Assembly: GCA_964599625.1 (NCBI GenBank) | Contig: CAZRGC010000004.1 | Span: forward strand, 139,705-203,704 | DNA from: an uncultured Gammaproteobacteria bacterium | GTDB lineage: Bacteria; Patescibacteriota; Microgenomatia; UBA8517 | Length of the DNA stretch: 64,000 bases | Direction of reading: 5' to 3' | Shown here: positions 27,593 through 36,011 of the stretch, one piece after another | How positions within the stretch are numbered: position 1 is the stretch's first letter | Layout: the number at the start of each line of letters is the position of its first letter | Notes under the pieces: model-generated | What the model was told of the DNA's origin: nothing | Database searches by the model: none | The model's input: only the letters and a program-made list of their open reading frames with translations | Translations under genes and position numbers: made by a program

Positions 27593-28744
27593 TCATTTTG
27601 CTTTAAGAAATGTTCGGCTACCCACTTTTATTTCGTCGCCGGATTGGACGATGTAGGATCCGTCTGAAACCCTTTCTCCATTCACCTCTACGGCATTTTG
27701 TTTAAGCAATCTCTTTGCGTCGCTTGTGCTTTGCAAAGAAGTAAATGGAGTTATTGTTTGCACCAGTGTGGAGTTTGCGTCGACCTTTATGTCAAAGTCT
27801 GGTTTTTTGTTCTGAAAAGTTTTGGCGAACTTGTCCTGCGCATCATTTGCCGCTGATTCCCCCCACAAAAACTTTACAACCTCAAATGCCAGATTTTTCT
27901 TTTCTCCCATAGGATCTTTTTGAACTTTTTGAGAAAGATTTGTTAAATCTACTTCGGTAAGAAGTTCAAATCCCAACTCGATAACTTCGTCGGGAAACGA
28001 CATGATTCCGGCATAAAAGTCAGACGGATGCGAGTCCATAAAAAGGGCATTACCTGTGGTTTTACCAACTTTCTTACCTTCTTTATCAACCAAAAGTTTA
28101 GTAGTAAGAACATACTTCTCCTTGTTTTTGATTGCTTTCATTAAGGTCCTGCCTGCCATCATATTGAAAAGTTGATCGTTGCCGCCGACTTCCAAGTCAA
28201 CATCCATGGCAACTGAGTCATACCCTTGGGCAACCGGATATAAAAATTCATGGAGATAAATTGGAGCCTTGGTTTTTATTCTTTCCTGGAACATGTCCCT
28301 CTCAATCATCTGCTGCACTGTTAAATTTGAGGTTATTTCAATAAGATCTTTAAAAGTTATTTTGTCGCTCCACTCGGAGTTGAACAGTATTTTTGCAGGG
28401 TTTTCTCCTTCGAAGTCCAGGACACGCCCCGCTTGCTCCATCCAGGCCTTTGCGTTTTCCAAAACTTCTGTTCGAGTAAGTTTTTTCCTTGTTGCGAGCT
28501 TGTCGGTGGGATCACCAATCATGCCGGTAAAGTCGCCAACCAAAAAGATAACCTCGTGCCCCAGTTTTTGGAACTGTCGAAGTTTCATAAGGCCCACAAA
28601 GTTGCCAAGATGCAAAGAAGGTGCGGATGGGTCAAAACCCTGAAAAAGTTTTATTTTTCTTTTGGACAAAAGATCCACCAGCCCGTCTTTACCTGGGAGT
28701 ATCTGCGATACACCTCGTGTGAGAATTTCATCAATGTTATTCAT
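27593..28744 (-). CDS. tyrS: tyrosyl-tRNA synthetase
   Basis: GFDPSAPSLHLGN (HIGH region), KVGKT (KMSKS-like), and a C-terminal S4 domain. Confidence 0.9.
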   Translation of the reverse strand: MNNIDEILTRGVSQILPGKDGLVDLLSKRKIKLFQGFDPSAPSLHLGNFVGLMKLRQFQKLGHEVIFLVGDFTGMIGDPTDKLATRKKLTRTEVLENAKAWMEQAGRVLDFEGENPAKILFNSEWSDKITFKDLIEITSNLTVQQMIERDMFQERIKTKAPIYLHEFLYPVAQGYDSVAMDVDLEVGGNDQLFNMMAGRTLMKAIKNKEKYVLTTKLLVDKEGKKVGKTTGNALFMDSHPSDFYAGIMSFPDEVIELGFELLTEVDLTNLSQKVQKDPMGEKKNLAFEVVKFLWGESAANDAQDKFAKTFQNKKPDFDIKVDANSTLVQTITPFTSLQSTSDAKRLLKQNAVEVNGERVSDGSYIVQSGDEIKVGSRTFLKAK

Positions 28745-28812
28745 AACTTTATTATTATGTTTTTGCTCCAGTCTATTTTATTCTGTATACAATGGCCAGT
28801 CAAAGTGTTGAT

Positions 28813-29904
28813 TTAATAGTTTTCTACAAAATCTTTTAAACCTTCAAAAAACTTAAGGCATGAAGAAATGCTTATCCACTCTGTTTCCGAATGTATCTCT
28901 CCACCCATTGGTTTCATCATAAGAACAGGAATATTGTATTTTGCAAAATGCCGAGCATCACTTGCACCATATGTATGTGTTACAACTATTTTTTTCTTGT
29001 AGACTTTTTCCATACTCTGCAAAAAAGTTCTAACCATTTCGTCTGATTCATCGGTGAAAGTCGGAAGGCCTGTAGAGGCTTTGGCCACCTCAACTCTTTC
29101 TGAAATCTTTTTTGCTATATCAGTCACCTTTTGTGTAATTTTTTCGATGCTATCAGATTCAGGATAACGAAAATCCAGTTTCATTACTGCCTCGGGGCAA
29201 ACTTGATTTAGCGAGATACCACCCTGTACCTGGCCTATATTCAAAGTTGTATTCCAATTTTCTTTCAGGCTGTTTTTGCCGTAAATCTTAAGAAGTTCAT
29301 GCCCAATCTTTATAATCGAGTCCAGAGCATTTTTTCCCATCCAAGGCCTGCTCGCGTGTGCAGGAGACCCTTTGGCAGTTAGGATTAGCTGACAAACGCC
29401 CTTAGCTTTATTTACAAAAGTTAAATTATCCCCTCCGTCGGGAACAATCAAACATTTGGGAACAATTTTAAGATTGTCGGCGACGAACTTTCCTCCATCG
29501 AACCCTCCCACCTCTTCGTCTGTGGTGATAATTAATGAAAAAGATTTTTTGGACTTTGACTCAATCAAATCGTTCAATATTGCCACACCCAAAGGTATGG
29601 AAAATTTCATATCACTTGCACCTCGGCCAAACAATTTATCACCCTTCGATACAGCTCTAAACTGGTCGGGTCTGGCTGCGACCACGTCCATGTGCACCAT
29701 ATATCCTAGTTCAGGTTTTGTGGTATCTGTGTTGCTTGCTATCAAAATTTCAGCATTTCCATTTTTCAGACGTTTGACTAGTGCTTTTTTGTGCAAGATT
29801 GATTTCACAAAGTCCAAAGCCTTTGAATTTTCGGGCACATTTCCGCTAACTGTTTCAAACGAAATCAATTTTGTTAACTGTTTTACAAATAAATCTTTGT
29901 TCAT
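28813..29904 (-). CDS. M20-family metallopeptidase / deacylase (ArgE/DapE-like), paralog of 23543-24634
   Basis: HMDVV and GASDMK motifs; same length (363 aa) as the other M20. Confidence 0.85.
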   Translation of the reverse strand: MNKDLFVKQLTKLISFETVSGNVPENSKALDFVKSILHKKALVKRLKNGNAEILIASNTDTTKPELGYMVHMDVVAARPDQFRAVSKGDKLFGRGASDMKFSIPLGVAILNDLIESKSKKSFSLIITTDEEVGGFDGGKFVADNLKIVPKCLIVPDGGDNLTFVNKAKGVCQLILTAKGSPAHASRPWMGKNALDSIIKIGHELLKIYGKNSLKENWNTTLNIGQVQGGISLNQVCPEAVMKLDFRYPESDSIEKITQKVTDIAKKISERVEVAKASTGLPTFTDESDEMVRTFLQSMEKVYKKKIVVTHTYGASDARHFAKYNIPVLMMKPMGGEIHSETEWISISSCLKFFEGLKDFVENY

Positions 29905-29952
29905 ATTCTATATGCGATTCTAAAACTTTGACGGGTCATCGTCAAAGTAAAC

Positions 29953-29974
29953 AAAAAAACCTCCTTGCGGAGGC
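29953..29974 (-). terminator. intrinsic terminator (GCAA tetraloop hairpin + U7)
   Basis: Minus strand GCCUCCGCAAGGAGGU followed by UUUUUUU. Confidence 0.6.
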
Positions 29975-30002
29975 TTGCCTTGGTTTAATGTTTCTTTAGC
30001 CA

Positions 30003-30062
30003 CTAAACGGCAACCCCGCTTGAGAGGTTGTAGTGATAGTGCCAGTTCGAAATAGTGTTCAT
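30003..30062 (-). CDS. candidate leader peptide (19 aa, MNTISNWHYHYNLSSGVAV)
   Basis: ATG lies 8 nt downstream of a TTGACA-N16-TATGAT promoter; the ORF ends about 30 nt before the terminator. Paralogous in layout and N-terminus (MNT..W.Y) to the cassette at 53379-53459. Confidence 0.3.
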   Translation of the reverse strand: MNTISNWHYHYNLSSGVAV

Positions 30063-30070
30063 ATTCCCCA

Positions 30071-30098
30071 ATCATAGCACAAAGCCTTTTCTTGTCAA
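30071..30098 (-). promoter_or_regulatory. sigma70-like promoter (TTGACA-N16-TATGAT)
   Basis: Near-consensus hexamers on the minus strand between the GNAT-like gene stop and the mini-ORF. Confidence 0.5.
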
Positions 30099-30114
30099 AA
30101 CTTGCCAGGTTTGG

Positions 30115-30810
30115 CTATTTAAAAATGTATCCTGCAAATATAATTGCATCACCCTTAAGATAGTTAAAGTCTGGTTTTTTGATAGCTATCGAATCAAATC
30201 TGGCAATATCTTCGTAAAGACTTTGGCCGCCATACCTTTCTTTATCAATTGGACCTTCCTGGGTGTCTTGCATATTTCCGGTACCAATTAGCCCCGCCAC
30301 CTCTCGGGCTAGGTCTGCGTCAAAACGAGATACTTTCTGCCCCAGCTTTTCCATTAGGACCGACTGTGTGTGAAACGCAATAATGTCTGTACTTGTAACC
30401 ATAAGCTCTCTTTGTAATATTGCTACAGAAAAATTTTTATGGTGCAGTGTGGGGTCCACAATTATTCCACCAAGGTGATACACGTTATTTTCTCTATGTT
30501 TTGCGAATCCTGCGGCAATAAAGGCAATAACTTTTCCTGACGAATCTCTGAAAACGGAAAGCCGGTCGCAGGGCACAACATGGTTATATACGTCTTCGTA
30601 CAGCCTCTGATATCCCTCTCGTGTTGTCAAATCCCTCATAAACCCAAGTCCGGTAATTGGGGTTAGCTCGTGTGATAATAATTCTTTTGCTTCGTTATCA
30701 AGTGTTCTGTCCGGCATAAGAATTACTTGCTTTGTCACGCCGGCAAAATTTTCGGCTTCCGTTCTCCCTCCAATAATAAATGTTTCTTTTTCGCTTCTCA
30801 TATAATTCAA
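30115..30810 (-). CDS. GNAT-fold acyltransferase-like protein (divergent paralog of 24641-25174)
   Basis: NNVYHLGGIIVDPTLHHKNFSVAILQREL aligns with the GNAT motif-A region NNWVELGAIVVDKGFRKSGVGHAITKDLI of the other GNAT. Start is TTG 30810 or ATG 30801. Confidence 0.5.
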   Translation of the reverse strand: MNYMRSEKETFIIGGRTEAENFAGVTKQVILMPDRTLDNEAKELLSHELTPITGLGFMRDLTTREGYQRLYEDVYNHVVPCDRLSVFRDSSGKVIAFIAAGFAKHRENNVYHLGGIIVDPTLHHKNFSVAILQRELMVTSTDIIAFHTQSVLMEKLGQKVSRFDADLAREVAGLIGTGNMQDTQEGPIDKERYGGQSLYEDIARFDSIAIKKPDFNYLKGDAIIFAGYIFK

Positions 30811-31040
30811 AAAAAACTCGCCTTCACAACCGACAAATGTCGGTCATAAGGGCGAGTTTTCTCGCTGTGCCACCTTAATTCGTTAAAAAGTTGCCTTTTT
30901 AACCTTAAAAACTAACTCCGCCTGTGCGACATTAGTTTTGAATATTACGGTTTCCTCCGGAGCCTGGTACTTTCCTTGCGGATGATTCTCAGGTCAGCTC
31001 GGTGAGTCCATTCCCTCACCTCAAGTGCATTTCAACTGTA
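30809..31040 (-). promoter_or_regulatory. T-box riboswitch leader (copy 1), possible Trp specificity
   Basis: Minus strand carries AAUUAAGGUGGCACAGCGAG (T-box core, 12/14) at 30861-30880. An antiterminator helix GCGAG-AAAA-CUCGC overlaps the terminator CUCGCC...GGCGAG (30817-30856) plus U8, which abuts the start codon. An F-box-like AACCGUAA is present. The 5' hairpin GGUGAG-GGAAUGGA-CUCACC has UGG-A in its loop, and the bulge UGGC would pair a G73 tRNA. Confidence 0.6.
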
Positions 31041-31044
31041 AAAA

Positions 31045-31073
31045 AGTATAAAAATGTTTTTCTAAAATGTCAA
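31045..31073 (-). promoter_or_regulatory. sigma70-like promoter for T-box leader 1 (TTGACA-N17-TATACT)
   Basis: Consensus -35 and near-consensus -10 on the minus strand, just downstream of the TDO-like gene stop. Confidence 0.5.
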
Positions 31074-31090
31074 ATTTACGGCTAAATAAG

Positions 31091-32218
31091 TTAATTATCA
31101 GTGAAAATCAGTTGAATAATATTTCCAAAGTTGTTGATTCTGTTCCTCAAAAACGATTCAGAATCGTTAACACCGCTAGTGCCTTCGATTGGTCCACTAA
31201 TTGTGTTCAAAAGTTGTTTTTGTGTAGATCTTAAGTGGGCCACTCTAAAATTCAAAATAAGATTCAAGTTTGTATCCAAAACATCCCTTACCTCTTTTGT
31301 TGGCTTATTGGCCATTAGTTTTGTTACAATGCTACCCTCTTCGATTGATTTTTTGAGATAATGGTCTATCTGCTTCATGCCGCTTACAGGAAAGTATTGT
31401 CTGTATTTTTGGAAATAATCTTGGTAACTTTTGCCCAATTTGTCACCGGCCAAAAGCACTTCCGCAAGTGGCACCCTTGCTGTAAATTGACCACTAGGGC
31501 CGGACAAACCGTTGACGGGGTGTGTTTGCAAGTAGTCTCTAAAGTATACAAAGTCTGACACAGGCATATCTCTACCTATCCTGCCAGTGTATTCGACTAG
31601 AAATCTCAGTCCTTTTTGGCTTTCTGCCAGATGTTGAAAAATCAAATCAGAGTTTGGCTGTGTTTTTGATTTGTCAAAAACAAACTTCAGGTGATCAAGA
31701 GATTTTTCCATCTCCTTTTCAATAAGCAAGTGGCCTTCATAAAAATCGGACTCTGACTCACCCACCTTGCCGGGGGTAAAGACCCTTTTGTCTAGCGTAG
31801 GGTTATTTAGAACTATATCTTCATAGGTAATGTGAGCAGGCATGCCGCTAAGTGTGACTATTTTCTCCAAAACTTTCTGGAACTTTGGCCCGGGAGTTAT
31901 GGGTGAAGCAAGTATTCCGGACTTTTGTAATAAGCGTGAAGAGTGTGCAATTCCACTATCCAACATCAAAAGGTCAAGCCTAGCCAAAGAAAGTGTGTCA
32001 GGACTCAGCTTGCCGTCTTTTATTAGTATTCCGTAGTCAAAATTTTCCATATAACCCTCGAGGTAATCTCTCAAGATTATTAATGATCCCACTGAAGCAC
32101 TATCTCTTATTTCGGCAAGCCTTCCCGGAAGTTCTTCGACGACAAAATGACTCAAATACCCAAGAGGTCTTTGTTCGCTACGGGCAAAATGTTCGTCTTT
32201 AAAAATTTCCCGTCCCAC
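31091..32218 (-). CDS. hypothetical protein, weak resemblance to tryptophan 2,3-dioxygenase family
   Basis: GTG start. FVYFRDYLQTHPVNGLSGPSGQF resembles TDO FNDFREYLSPASGFQSLQF, and the C-terminal GTSG block resembles TDO GTGGSSG. A leaderless TTGACA-N17-TATATA promoter lies at 32226-32254. Confidence 0.35.
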   Translation of the reverse strand: MGREIFKDEHFARSEQRPLGYLSHFVVEELPGRLAEIRDSASVGSLIILRDYLEGYMENFDYGILIKDGKLSPDTLSLARLDLLMLDSGIAHSSRLLQKSGILASPITPGPKFQKVLEKIVTLSGMPAHITYEDIVLNNPTLDKRVFTPGKVGESESDFYEGHLLIEKEMEKSLDHLKFVFDKSKTQPNSDLIFQHLAESQKGLRFLVEYTGRIGRDMPVSDFVYFRDYLQTHPVNGLSGPSGQFTARVPLAEVLLAGDKLGKSYQDYFQKYRQYFPVSGMKQIDHYLKKSIEEGSIVTKLMANKPTKEVRDVLDTNLNLILNFRVAHLRSTQKQLLNTISGPIEGTSGVNDSESFLRNRINNFGNIIQLIFTDN

Positions 32219-32343
32219 TTATTTCTATATATACCTATTTTCAATCGATGTCAAAAAAAAGGTGTATACTCCAAAAGTTATTTCGCACGTTCAAATAACC
32301 TGTGGTGTTTTTTATTTCATAACCCGGAAAGGAGGTTTAGAAA

Positions 32344-33366
32344 ATGACCACTAAAAGAGTTCTAACCGGAATGAGAACAACCGGTAGTTTGCACTTAGGA
32401 CATTATGCCGGGGCTCTCAAACGCTGGTTGGAAATTCAAGAAAGTAACAAGTACGAAAACTTTTTTCTACTTGCAGACATTCAGGCACTCACAACACATG
32501 CGGATCAGCCTGAGCTTCTCAAAAAATCGATTCGGGATGTGACACTTGACTGGTTGAGTGTTGGTCTTGACCCCTTCCGGTCTGATGTCCATTTTGTTTT
32601 GCAAAGCCAGGTGCCTGCAAGGGCAGAGCTTTCAATACTTTTTACAATGATCGCCCAGTACCATGAGGTGCTGAGAAATCCGACACTCAAAGACGAACTA
32701 GCCAATCAAAAGCAACCTTCGCTCGGATTCATCAACTACCCTGTGGATCAGGCTGCCGACATTTATATGGTTTCACCTGTAAATCCGTCGGGTGGTGATC
32801 AATTGCTTGTGCCCGTAGGACAAGATCAGGTTGCTCATCTGGAATTTGCCAACAGACTTGCCAGGAAGATTAACAACAAATACGGAAACATCGTTCTCCC
32901 TTGTGATCCGCTTGTAGGACACGTTGGCAGGCTTCCCGGAGTTGGCGGAGGTGACAAAATGAGTAAAAGTAAAGGAAACTCAATCGACCTTACGGACGAC
33001 GCCGAGACAGTGAGACGAAAAGTGATGAAGATGTATACAGATCCCAATCGCATTTCACCCAATATGCCTGGGGACGTGATCAATAATCCAGTATTCATCT
33101 ATCACAGAGCGTTCAACGACGACCGCAACCAGGTTTTGGAACTGTCTGATCTTTACAAAGTTGGAAAAGTTGGTGATGTTGAGGTTAAAGAAAGACTTGC
33201 CGAAGCATTAAACCGCTTTTTGGACCCTATCCGCGAAAGGCGCAAAAAATTTGAAAAGGTCAATCTACGCGACTTGCTTGTAAGTGGTTCGGAAGCTGCT
33301 CAAAAATATTGCTTGCCGGTAACTGAAGCTTTACGGGAAAAAATGTTTTTGGGTTATCCTGACTAA
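32344..33366 (+). CDS. trpS: tryptophanyl-tRNA synthetase
   Basis: TGSLHLGHYAG (HIGH) and KMSKSKGN (KMSKS). SD GGAAAGGAGG upstream of the ATG. Confidence 0.9.
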   Translation: MTTKRVLTGMRTTGSLHLGHYAGALKRWLEIQESNKYENFFLLADIQALTTHADQPELLKKSIRDVTLDWLSVGLDPFRSDVHFVLQSQVPARAELSILFTMIAQYHEVLRNPTLKDELANQKQPSLGFINYPVDQAADIYMVSPVNPSGGDQLLVPVGQDQVAHLEFANRLARKINNKYGNIVLPCDPLVGHVGRLPGVGGGDKMSKSKGNSIDLTDDAETVRRKVMKMYTDPNRISPNMPGDVINNPVFIYHRAFNDDRNQVLELSDLYKVGKVGDVEVKERLAEALNRFLDPIRERRKKFEKVNLRDLLVSGSEAAQKYCLPVTEALREKMFLGYPD

Positions 33367-33370
33367 ACTT

Positions 33371-33412
33371 GAGCGTGGTGCTTATCGATTGAAAAAGCCC
33401 ACGCTCTTTTTG
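33371..33412 (+). terminator. intrinsic terminator after trpS
   Basis: GAGCGUGG...CCACGCUC 8-bp stem followed by a U-tract. Confidence 0.45.
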
Positions 33413-33413
33413 T

Positions 33414-36011
33414 TTGTATTTTTTTGAGTCTCTGGTTAAAATCAGAGTAATGTGGAGGGACAGGCTCAGAAGAAGAAGACGAGTGTTTAACGGCAGACAA
33501 AACTTATCCAGGAGCAGACTTTTGGTGAAAATTGCCCAGTTTGGCTTTTTGGGAGTTGTCTTGATAGTTATAGCTTTTTTTATAGCACTGCCTTTGCTTT
33601 CACTGGCTCTGCCATCCCCTGACAAAATAGTAAGAACTCAGGGATTTTCGACACAAATAACCGATAGAAACGGACAAATTTTGTATGAGGTTTATGCAAA
33701 CCAAAACAGAACTCCTGTAAAACTTCAAGACATGCCTTTGTACCTAAGACAAGCTACAATTGCGATTGAAGATAAGAACTTTTATTCACATTCAGGTTTT
33801 GACCCAATAGGTATTGTTAGAGGCTTTTTAAGGATTTTCAAAAGCGGGAGAGCAGCCGGAGGTTCCACTCTCACCCAACAACTGGTCAAAAATTCACTTC
33901 TAACCAGTGATAGAACTTTAGTAAGAAAAATAAAAGAATTCGTTTTGTCAGTTGAAATTGAAAAAAAGTATTCTAAAGATCAGATTTTACAAATGTATCT
34001 TAACGAAGTTCCCTACGGAGGGACTGCTTGGGGTGTTGGCGCTGCCTCACAGACTTATTTTGGCAAAGAGGTTAAAGACTTGGACTTGATTGAAAGTGCA
34101 ATCTTGGCAGGACTACCCCAAAGTCCTTCTAATTACTCTCCTTATTCAAGCAAACCAAAGGCATACATAGGAAGAACCAAGGAGGTCTTAAGGAGAATGA
34201 GAGAAGATGGGTATATAACTGCAGACCAGGAAAAATCTGCCGTAGATTCATTGGAAGGTGTTACTTTCCAGACCAGAGGTGCAGGGTTTAAGGCACCGCA
34301 TTTTGTACAGTACGTCCAAAAAATTCTAGAGGACAGATACGGCCAGGCATCTGTCGAACAAGGTGGTCTAAAGGTTCAGACCACTTTGGACCTGACTCTT
34401 CAAGAGACGGCGCAAAGTATTGTTTCAGAAGAAATAGCCAAGGTTGAAAAACAACATATAACCAATGGAGCAGCAGTGGTTTTGAACCCAGACACCGGTG
34501 AAATTGTTGCAATGGTGGGCTCCAAAGATTTTAATGCAGCAGATTACGACGGCCAAGTAAACGTTACAACTTCACTAAGACAACCGGGTTCGTCATTTAA
34601 ACCGTTCACATATGTCACCGGTCTTAAAAAGGGCTACACGGCTGCAACTATGTTTATGGATGTTCCCACAAGTTTTCCCGGTGGTGCGAATAACGCCGAT
34701 TACAACCCTGTTAATTACGATGGAAAATATAGGGGTCCTGTTCAAATGCGATATGCACTGGCCAATTCTATAAACGTCCCGGCAGTCAAAATGCTTGCAA
34801 TGGTTGGTATCAAAGATGTCCTGCAGACAGCAACTGACATGGGAATTACTACACTACCCCCAACCAACGAGACACTTAGACGTGTAGGTCTCTCACTAAC
34901 TCTTGGTGGAGGTGAAGTTAGACTTATCGATCTTACGAATGCATATTCAGCGTTTGTTAACACTGGCTATCGGGTTGACCCTATTGCAATTCTCAAGGTA
35001 ACGGATGTTAACGGTAAAGTTTTGGAGGACAACACACCCCAAAAAGGAAAAAGAGTTTTGTCGGAAGAACAAGCATTTATCATCAACCACATCTTGTCAG
35101 ACAATAATGCCAGGAAAGATGTGTTTGGCCCGAATTCGCTTTTAAACATACCCAATGTCATGGTCAAAACAGGAACCACCAACGACAAACGGGATAACTG
35201 GACCATTGGGGGAAACATGAACGCGGTCGTGGGTGTTTGGGTTGGCAACAATGACAACTCACCCATGTTGAATGTGGCTTCAGGTGTCAGTGGTGCTTCC
35301 CCCATCTGGCGCAGAATTCTTTTGGAAGCCGTAAAGGGAAAACCTGAGGTAAAATTCGACCCGCCGGGAAATATTGTCCAAATCGATGTCGACACAATAT
35401 CCGGCGCCAGATCTCATGATGGTTTTGCATCGCGGAGTGAATATTTTCAAAAAGGTACGGAGCCGGGTGAAGATACAACACATGTCATGCTTAAACTTTG
35501 CAAAAGTGAACAAAAACTTGCCAATCCTTCTGATGTCGCAGCCGGAAACTATGACAGCAAAGAGTTTTTGCAATTTAAAGAAGAAGATCCGACTGCTGCA
35601 CCGGGAGGCACCAATCGATGGCAGGAGGCAATTATTAACTGGGTAAATGGCCAAGCGGATTCCAAATATCATCCTCCAAGTGAATACTGTGGTGCAAGTA
35701 ATCCTATAAATGTGGAGTTTGTCAGTCCAACCGACAGAAATTCTAATGTGCCCAATAATACAACGATAAAATTCAGAGTTGATGCAGTGAATGATATTGT
35801 ACAGGCGGAATTATATATAGATTCTAAAAAAGTAAGAAGCTTCTCAAGTGTCCCATTTGAATTCACAAGTGACTCGTCCAGTTTGCCAAATGGTGTTCAT
35901 ACTTTGCGTGCGGTTGCAACCGACTCGACCGGAAAAAGCTCGGACAGAGTAATAACAATTGGAGTTAATGTTGCCTGGAACGCTACCCCATCTCCAAGTC
36001 CGTCACCCTAA
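33414..36011 (+). CDS. class A penicillin-binding protein (bifunctional transglycosylase/transpeptidase) with C-terminal Ig-like extension
   Basis: GT51 motifs IAIEDKNFYSHSGFD and GGSTLTQQL. Transpeptidase SSFKPF (SxxK), SINVP (SxN) and KTGTT. Confidence 0.85.
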   Translation: MYFFESLVKIRVMWRDRLRRRRRVFNGRQNLSRSRLLVKIAQFGFLGVVLIVIAFFIALPLLSLALPSPDKIVRTQGFSTQITDRNGQILYEVYANQNRTPVKLQDMPLYLRQATIAIEDKNFYSHSGFDPIGIVRGFLRIFKSGRAAGGSTLTQQLVKNSLLTSDRTLVRKIKEFVLSVEIEKKYSKDQILQMYLNEVPYGGTAWGVGAASQTYFGKEVKDLDLIESAILAGLPQSPSNYSPYSSKPKAYIGRTKEVLRRMREDGYITADQEKSAVDSLEGVTFQTRGAGFKAPHFVQYVQKILEDRYGQASVEQGGLKVQTTLDLTLQETAQSIVSEEIAKVEKQHITNGAAVVLNPDTGEIVAMVGSKDFNAADYDGQVNVTTSLRQPGSSFKPFTYVTGLKKGYTAATMFMDVPTSFPGGANNADYNPVNYDGKYRGPVQMRYALANSINVPAVKMLAMVGIKDVLQTATDMGITTLPPTNETLRRVGLSLTLGGGEVRLIDLTNAYSAFVNTGYRVDPIAILKVTDVNGKVLEDNTPQKGKRVLSEEQAFIINHILSDNNARKDVFGPNSLLNIPNVMVKTGTTNDKRDNWTIGGNMNAVVGVWVGNNDNSPMLNVASGVSGASPIWRRILLEAVKGKPEVKFDPPGNIVQIDVDTISGARSHDGFASRSEYFQKGTEPGEDTTHVMLKLCKSEQKLANPSDVAAGNYDSKEFLQFKEEDPTAAPGGTNRWQEAIINWVNGQADSKYHPPSEYCGASNPINVEFVSPTDRNSNVPNNTTIKFRVDAVNDIVQAELYIDSKKVRSFSSVPFEFTSDSSSLPNGVHTLRAVATDSTGKSSDRVITIGVNVAWNATPSPSPSP

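Noticed and set aside
29920-30075. 52-aa minus-strand ORF (MIGEYEHYFELALSLQPLKRGCRL...) spanning the gap between the GNAT-like gene and the M20 gene
   Set aside because: Its ATG lies inside the -10 hexamer of the promoter at 30071-30076, and the ORF runs straight through the intrinsic terminator hairpin. The shorter near-leaderless mini-ORF plus terminator interpretation fits better.
30820-31090. RNase P RNA or SRP RNA (because of CAGGUCAG / CCGGAGGAAAC strings)
   Set aside because: Too short for RNase P and lacking P4/GGAAAGUCCGG and the SRP helix-8 consensus. The T-box motif and antiterminator/terminator overlap explain the region.
32219-32343. T-box or attenuator upstream of trpS, and likewise upstream of tyrS (28745-28812) and thrS (41634-41780)
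   Set aside because: The leaders are short (about 70-125 nt) with no T-box core or terminator directly before the start; only ordinary promoter/SD signals are seen.
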